64,000 bases of DNA, from assembly GCA_002269645.1 (NCBI GenBank), contig NIVC01000311.1, positions 13,202 to 77,201 on the forward strand, read 5' to 3'. This document shows positions 58,637 to 64,000 of this stretch, one piece after another; within the stretch, counting starts at the first letter, position 1, and every line of letters begins with the position of its first letter. A model generated the notes under the pieces. It made no database searches. It saw nothing but the letters and a program-made list of their open reading frames with translations, and was not told the origin of the DNA. Origin of the DNA: Macrostomum lignano. Its lineage: Eukaryota. Both the position numbers and the translations under genes were made by a program.

Positions 58637-61097
58637 TCACCCTCGGTAGCTGCAGTTGCGCACCACAGTCAGGTTACTCTCATACTCGTGGACCAGCTCG
58701 CGTCGAAGCGGCTTCTGAGTGTCGAACAGCGTCGGGGCCTGAAAGAAGATCCCAAAAGTGCCAACGATTGCCGACAGGCCAAAACTGAGCAGGAAGATTC
58801 TGTCCAGCACGAGCGCCACGTATTTCCATTCCTCCGTGCTTGTGCTGGACCGAATGTCGGCGCGGATCCGGCGCGCAATCGACCGGACGCCGCGCACAGC
58901 TCGTGCCATATCGTGGACGCTCACCTCACCATCGATGACATCCGTACTGTCATTCTCCTCCATGCTTTCGAGTCTTTCTTCATCCTCTTCTTCTTTCTCA
59001 TCATCATCGTCGTCCTCGAGACAGTCAGCGCCGTGGTAGCTGCTGTGGCTGATGTCCTCGACAGGCGCTCGCCGGTCCATGCAGAGAGTGCCAGGCAGGG
59101 TTTGCAGGAACAGCCGCTTAGCCCAGTCTGGCACCTTGTTCACGTGCGGCGACCGGTAGCGAACGTTCAGAACGACTGTGGACACGAGGATGGACAGGCT
59201 CACTAGGATCATTGTGAACATCAGGTACTTGGTAATCAGCGGGACAACGAGCGATGTCGGGGGCGTCAGGTCGAACACCATCATCATGAACACAGTCAGG
59301 GCGATAAGAATTGAGATGCTGAGTGTTATTTTCTCCTGTGAATCAGCCGGCAGGTAGAACACGCAGATGGTGAGGAAGCTGATGGCCAAACAGGGGCAGA
59401 TGAGGCTGATCCCATAGAATAAGGACTGCCGGCGAAACTTCAGGCTGTTGGTTCAGGTAAGGAGTACGAATATTAGTTTAGATAGCATTCAAATTCTGAC
59501 TCTTGAATGCAAATTTATTAATGCTTACAAGAATGTGATATCCAGGTAGGGCTCCGGGCAGCAGGCATAATAAACAATGTTTCGCTTGGCGGACACCTGA
59601 AGCAGGTCCCACTCCGTGTTCTCAACATACTCGGACAGATCCACTGCGTAGTTGATCTCGGCTTCGCAGTCGTCGAACTTGATCCTGTTGAGCCGTTTAG
59701 CCTCGGCCTTCTGCGCTAGATGTCGCAGGTCGATGTGCAGCCCGTGGTAGGTCCAGGTGCCCATCTTCAGCCGGCAGTCCTGCATGTCGAACGGGAAGAA
59801 CTCCACATTGATGTCGCAGGTGCTCTCATAGATGACGGGCGGCTTCCAAACTACCGTGCCGTCATAATAGACCTTCAGCTTGGTAGAAGACTGGCTCAGG
59901 TCCCAGTCGCTGCCGGCGCTACAAGTTATATCATAAATACTCTTTGAGTAGTTCGTGTTGGACGAGCTAGTTAAACTGCATCAACTTGATAGTGCTCAAG
60001 TAGTCAAAATATCAAAAACTAAACTGCTACAAAAAGTTTCGAGATAGGATTAGGTGGCTAAGGGTTTTGTCACAACTCCACTTCCACCGTGTCCGTCATT
60101 GACGCCGCAAAGGTTGATTAAGCAAGGATAAAAGACTTTTTAATTCCAAACGCAGGCAAAGCCAGACCAAGACACCAGCCATGATCTATATTTGGCCAAA
60201 TGGTCCTGACCTCTGTCCAGATTTTGTTCTTTAGCCCCAAAACCTCAGAGCAGTATTGAAAACAATTTGCATGATATATACGCTCGTACCGAACCAGAAA
60301 ACAAATATTGTAAGATTCTTCGCTTCGTTCATCATCAATGTTTAAATACAGATTGTTGCACTAAAATGTAAGGAATACATAAGGCGACTCACTTGCTGTA
60401 AAGCACAACGTCGGGTGTCCAGAGCGCATCAGACGGCAGCAGCATATGATCGACGCCACCGTAGCTCTCTGGATGCCAGATGAAGAATGGGTCAGTCCAC
60501 TCCTGCAACACCCACATGTTGAGCTTAATGATCTGATTCTTCTCGTCCACGTCCATTATTTGCGTCAAGCTGACGTTCATGTACATGATCACTGGCTGAG
60601 AGTTGTTAACCACCGGCCTAGCGTACCTGTAACTGGTCCTGGACAGGTAAAAATCGCTGTACAGATGCGCCAGTCCCGGCGGCGAGGCGTTTATTGCTAA
60701 ATGAAGATATTTAAGTACATTGTCAATACGGTTATCAATGGTCTTAAAGGAATGGGAGTCTAACAATTAGGGACTAATATGTAAACGTAAGCTCATAAAG
60801 TGGAGTCCCTAATTATCCGCTTGCTTGTTCTCTCAAATCTCTCTCTTGTTTTACCAAATCCAGCTTCCTGGTGTCACTGTGAGCAGAATGATATATAATT
60901 GTGTACATAGATTACTCGGGCTCCACTTTATGAGCTTACATGTAAGTTGACAGGCACTTCATACGCAGCACATTATTACGATTGCAAACAGTAGAAATGG
61001 CAAGTAGTACATACAGTTACATTCTTTATGCTCTTCACTTACCCTCGAAGATGCTGACGAGACTCAGAACAGTCAATAGCTCTACGTCCCGTGCCAT
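58637..61097 (-). CDS. Nicotinic acetylcholine receptor alpha subunit, 518 aa; exons (minus) 61097-61043, 60696-60393, 59918-59529, 59444-58637
   Basis: Signal peptide MARDVELLTVLSLVSIFEAINA; RPVVN, DVDEKNQI, WTPDVVLY; Cys-loop CDINVEFFPFDMQDC; loop B WTY; loop C YYACCPEPY (vicinal Cys = alpha); M1-M3 with EKITLSISIL (cation-type); M4 EEWKYVALVLDRIFL. All introns are GT-AG and the total of 1557 nt is in frame. Confidence 0.96.
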
Positions 61098-63157
61098 TTC
61101 GAGTTCAAATCGAGTCTCAAATCGCAGGGTTCAATTCGAATTCATCTTCCTAATCTACTCGGCAGCTTCTCAAATCTCTGCTGAGGCCGAGCTCGGAACT
61201 GGGGTTGCTTTTGGGCTAGCGACGCAAGATGCAGTATGATGGAAGGCAAGACAATTTGCCCGGCTGAGTACGGGAGTACACAGGTGTGACAGGCTGTGGG
61301 TAAATATACGAGTCTGGCATAAAGCTGCACAATGAGGTTTCGGGGAGGGCATTGTTTGCACAAGTATCCACTTCGGGCATAGGAATCTGCACTGCACGCT
61401 CTCTGCAGTTTATCACAGCAGAGTGCAGATGTGAGCACAGAATGCTGCGCGAAAGCCAGTTTAGCACATATAGCCTTTAGTTCTCTCATTATACGCTTGC
61501 ATGTACATGCAGCTTCAGGCTCGCTCCGGGCTACATCCCGAGTCTACTATCGACTAGGACCAGGAGAGCAAGGTGCATGGTTACAGAATTAACGAAATTT
61601 TCGAAGTTCTTAATTGTGGTTGATAGTTTCCAATTCAGTATATTACATGTACATCCAGCGTACCGGTACGTTTAAGTTAACGAAACTTCTTCAGCTATGC
61701 ATACATGTATTGCGGTCAAGTGTTGACTAGTGAATACACTTGTTCATGTACTCGCCATTCATCCATGAAGCATCGTGGCATCCCAGATTCCCAGCAACTC
61801 CCACGGAAGGACACTGTCTAACAGTATTGAGAGGCCGCCCCCAAAGGACAAAGTTGTGGGAGAACTACTAAAATCAAGATCAGGGGCACCACGACTGCTG
61901 TGTAGTGGCGCCAAATCAGCTGACAAAGGGTGCCATGATTTTTCTCTCTAATCGAGGAGGATGGGGGGCGCGGCCCTCTAGCCAGCTGGAGTCACCGACG
62001 GCGCAACAGGTCGCTTGGCTTCCAGGTGTATAAATAAGTCATGAATCACTTAGGAAGGCTAGAAGTTACCCTAAGCCGCTCCCCCACTTGTCGATTCCCC
62101 TGACCAACATACAGTACTACACCACGCTACTCAATGCAGCTCGAAAGCAACGAGCTCAGTTGACCAACAACTGGCGACAGATGTCTCGCATAGTTATATA
62201 CACACTACTGCTACTCAAGTCCGCTTCGTGCAAGTGATGACGATAAATATATATTTTTGACGAGAATTGCGAGCAGACAGATGGATATTTGAGAGTGATT
62301 CATTACTCGGCGATTAGTGTGGGGAGAGGAGTTGCAGAGCCGCTAAGCCAGAGCAATACATTACCGGTAGACAGACAGCAAGACTGAAAGTAACAGGCCC
62401 AACACGAGCCAGAGCAAAATTTGTTGATGGAAAAAATGGGACAAAAATTACCGAGGCACAAATAATAAGCACTGGAATAGGCGAAGCTGAATTTCAATAA
62501 AACCATTCACGAAAGCAATTATTATAATAAAAAATTCAAGGGGAAATTCGCAAAATCCATTCCAACTGGGTACAATTCGGGCATTTCACTGAAAAGTTTT
62601 AGCTTAAGGAGGGTCCGGGACACCCGAATTGGCACTGCAGCCTGGCATTGCACAACTATTATAAAATACAAATTGTAAATAGAAAGATTGGCTACAAAAA
62701 GTAATACAGATTTTATTAATAAATATCAATCAAGTAAAGAAAAAGTTACAAAGCAGTAAAAGGTGGGATATTAGCTACGAATTCCGTTTCATCGTAAACC
62801 GCGCACAACACAGACAATCGGTTTCAGTTGCCAGGACAAAGCACCTGCAGTGAGCAAAGCTGGCCCACTATGAAGGGAGATGCGAAGCGCAGGGGAGCGA
62901 AGAAGCTAAAAGCGCAAGAAGGGTCACCGATCGATGCTCCATTGGTAGCAGGCTGTGCATCGTAGCTCGGAGTTGATCAGAAAATAGTACCGCTGTATAG
63001 CCCCACATACCGAATCATCAGCTACTGATTGAGAGTCAGCTTGTCTCCCTAGTCAAATGGAACATGCTACAGGATTTGTCAATCTACAAAAAGCACCAGA
63101 AATTTGAATGCACTGTCGCACAGTTTCCATAACAAAAGCAACGTTCACTGCTGAGCC

Positions 63158-64000
63158 TCAGACTGCAGCATCCGATGACGCTGGCTTCTTCTGCAGCAGC
63201 GGCTCAACAGTGGCTCCGCCATCCTCAGTGGCGGTGGTGACGCCGCTGGTCAGCTGGTCGCCATTGCTGGCCCGATATTTGTCGTCCAGCGGCAAGTTCT
63301 GGGACGCCTGCGGCTGCTGCTGACTGGCGGGATCGGCTAAGCTCGCCAACGACAGGTGCACCAGGAGAGCCAGCAGTACAGCGAACCAGAGGAACCAGGC
63401 GATGCAGAACCACAGGATGCTGAGCGGATACAGAACCGAACGGCACGGGATGTCAACAAACGACTGGTAGAAGTTGTACACATTGCGACACGGTGCAATG
63501 ACAGACAGAAAGCCGATAGTGGTGTTGTCAGCGATTGCTTTGGACTCGGCTGTGCTGCCATCAATCACGTGCATAGTGTAGTACTCGACAGCGGTCTCCG
63601 TCCAAAGTGTCGAGTTTCTCAAGAATCTGTCCATGTGCTCGTTGCTGTTGATCACAGTGTCAATGACAGACACGACGTTTTTCTTCGCTTCCAATTGCTC
63701 CGTCTTTGGCACAAAGTAGTCAGTGGTATTCGACAGAATTCCTAGAGCGCGCAGCACCGATCCGATATTCTCCCTATTGCTGTCAGCCAACTTCCATGTG
63801 CTGTCCTCAGTGTTGTTGATTCGCGATTGAATGTAGCGGTTGAGCTCCTGCAGCACCAGTAACACGCCCTTTGCTCCGGCCAGCAGGTCCGATTTCGCGC
63901 CCACAATGCCACCCAAGTCAGCGAAGGGATAATTCGTGTACTTGACGAACACCATGCGCAGGCTTCGCATCTTGTCTCCCAATTTTCGTCGCGCAGCACC
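63158..64000 (-). CDS. Prominin-like protein, C-terminal part (5' end beyond the window)
   Basis: Frame open to the window edge; APCRNVYNFYQSFVDIPCRSVLYPLSILWFCIAWFLWFAVLLALLVHLSLA resembles the prominin final loop and TM5 (C.P....Y......C......P.N.FWF). Confidence 0.6.
   Translation of the reverse strand, partial: GAARRKLGDKMRSLRMVFVKYTNYPFADLGGIVGAKSDLLAGAKGVLLVLQELNRYIQSRINNTEDSTWKLADSNRENIGSVLRALGILSNTTDYFVPKTEQLEAKKNVVSVIDTVINSNEHMDRFLRNSTLWTETAVEYYTMHVIDGSTAESKAIADNTTIGFLSVIAPCRNVYNFYQSFVDIPCRSVLYPLSILWFCIAWFLWFAVLLALLVHLSLASLADPASQQQPQASQNLPLDDKYRASNGDQLTSGVTTATEDGGATVEPLLQKKPASSDAAV

Noticed and set aside
61142-61489. Cys-rich minus ORFs as a possible nAChR first exon
   Set aside because: A better signal-peptide exon at 61097-61043 has a GTAAGT donor in the required phase.
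61780-62020. Possible tiny RTE remnant (GCCAGCTGGAGTCACCGACGGCGCA matches about 41271)
   Set aside because: Match too short and degenerate to delimit a feature.

Overview
Eukaryotic, intron-containing animal DNA with GC-rich exons and introns or spacers largely filled by minisatellites. This style resembles the flatworm Macrostomum lignano, but that is an inference, not an identification. 1-26 kb: a housekeeping cluster of seipin (+, with an apparent 1-nt frameshift), HINFP zinc-finger factor (+), SCFD2 (+), GTPBP6/HflX GTPase (-) and a GABP-beta-like ankyrin protein (-). Eleven of the thirteen introns here are largely occupied by a tandem repeat. 26-29 kb: AT-rich spacer with two non-autonomous TIR elements and a SINE-like repeat. 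29-52.4 kb: an accessory region with three SID-1/SIDT-family copies. Copy A is a rearranged pseudogene with an RNase H-bearing non-LTR retrotransposon in its polyQ tract. Copy B is full length with a single CAG>TAG in the polyQ. Copy C has about 46 in-frame copies of a 13-aa repeat and a 1-nt frameshift in exon 2. B and C lie in two approx. 10-kb tandem duplication units that also carry an orphan single-TM gene. 53.5-64 kb: a three-exon Ly6/uPAR-like GPI-anchored gene not assembled by the ORF track, an intron-containing L-rhamnonate dehydratase-like gene, a complete nicotinic acetylcholine receptor alpha subunit (-) and the 3' end of a prominin-like gene (-). No rRNA, tRNA or CRISPR arrays were recognised. 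Homologies were recognised by eye from remembered family motifs; no searches were run.
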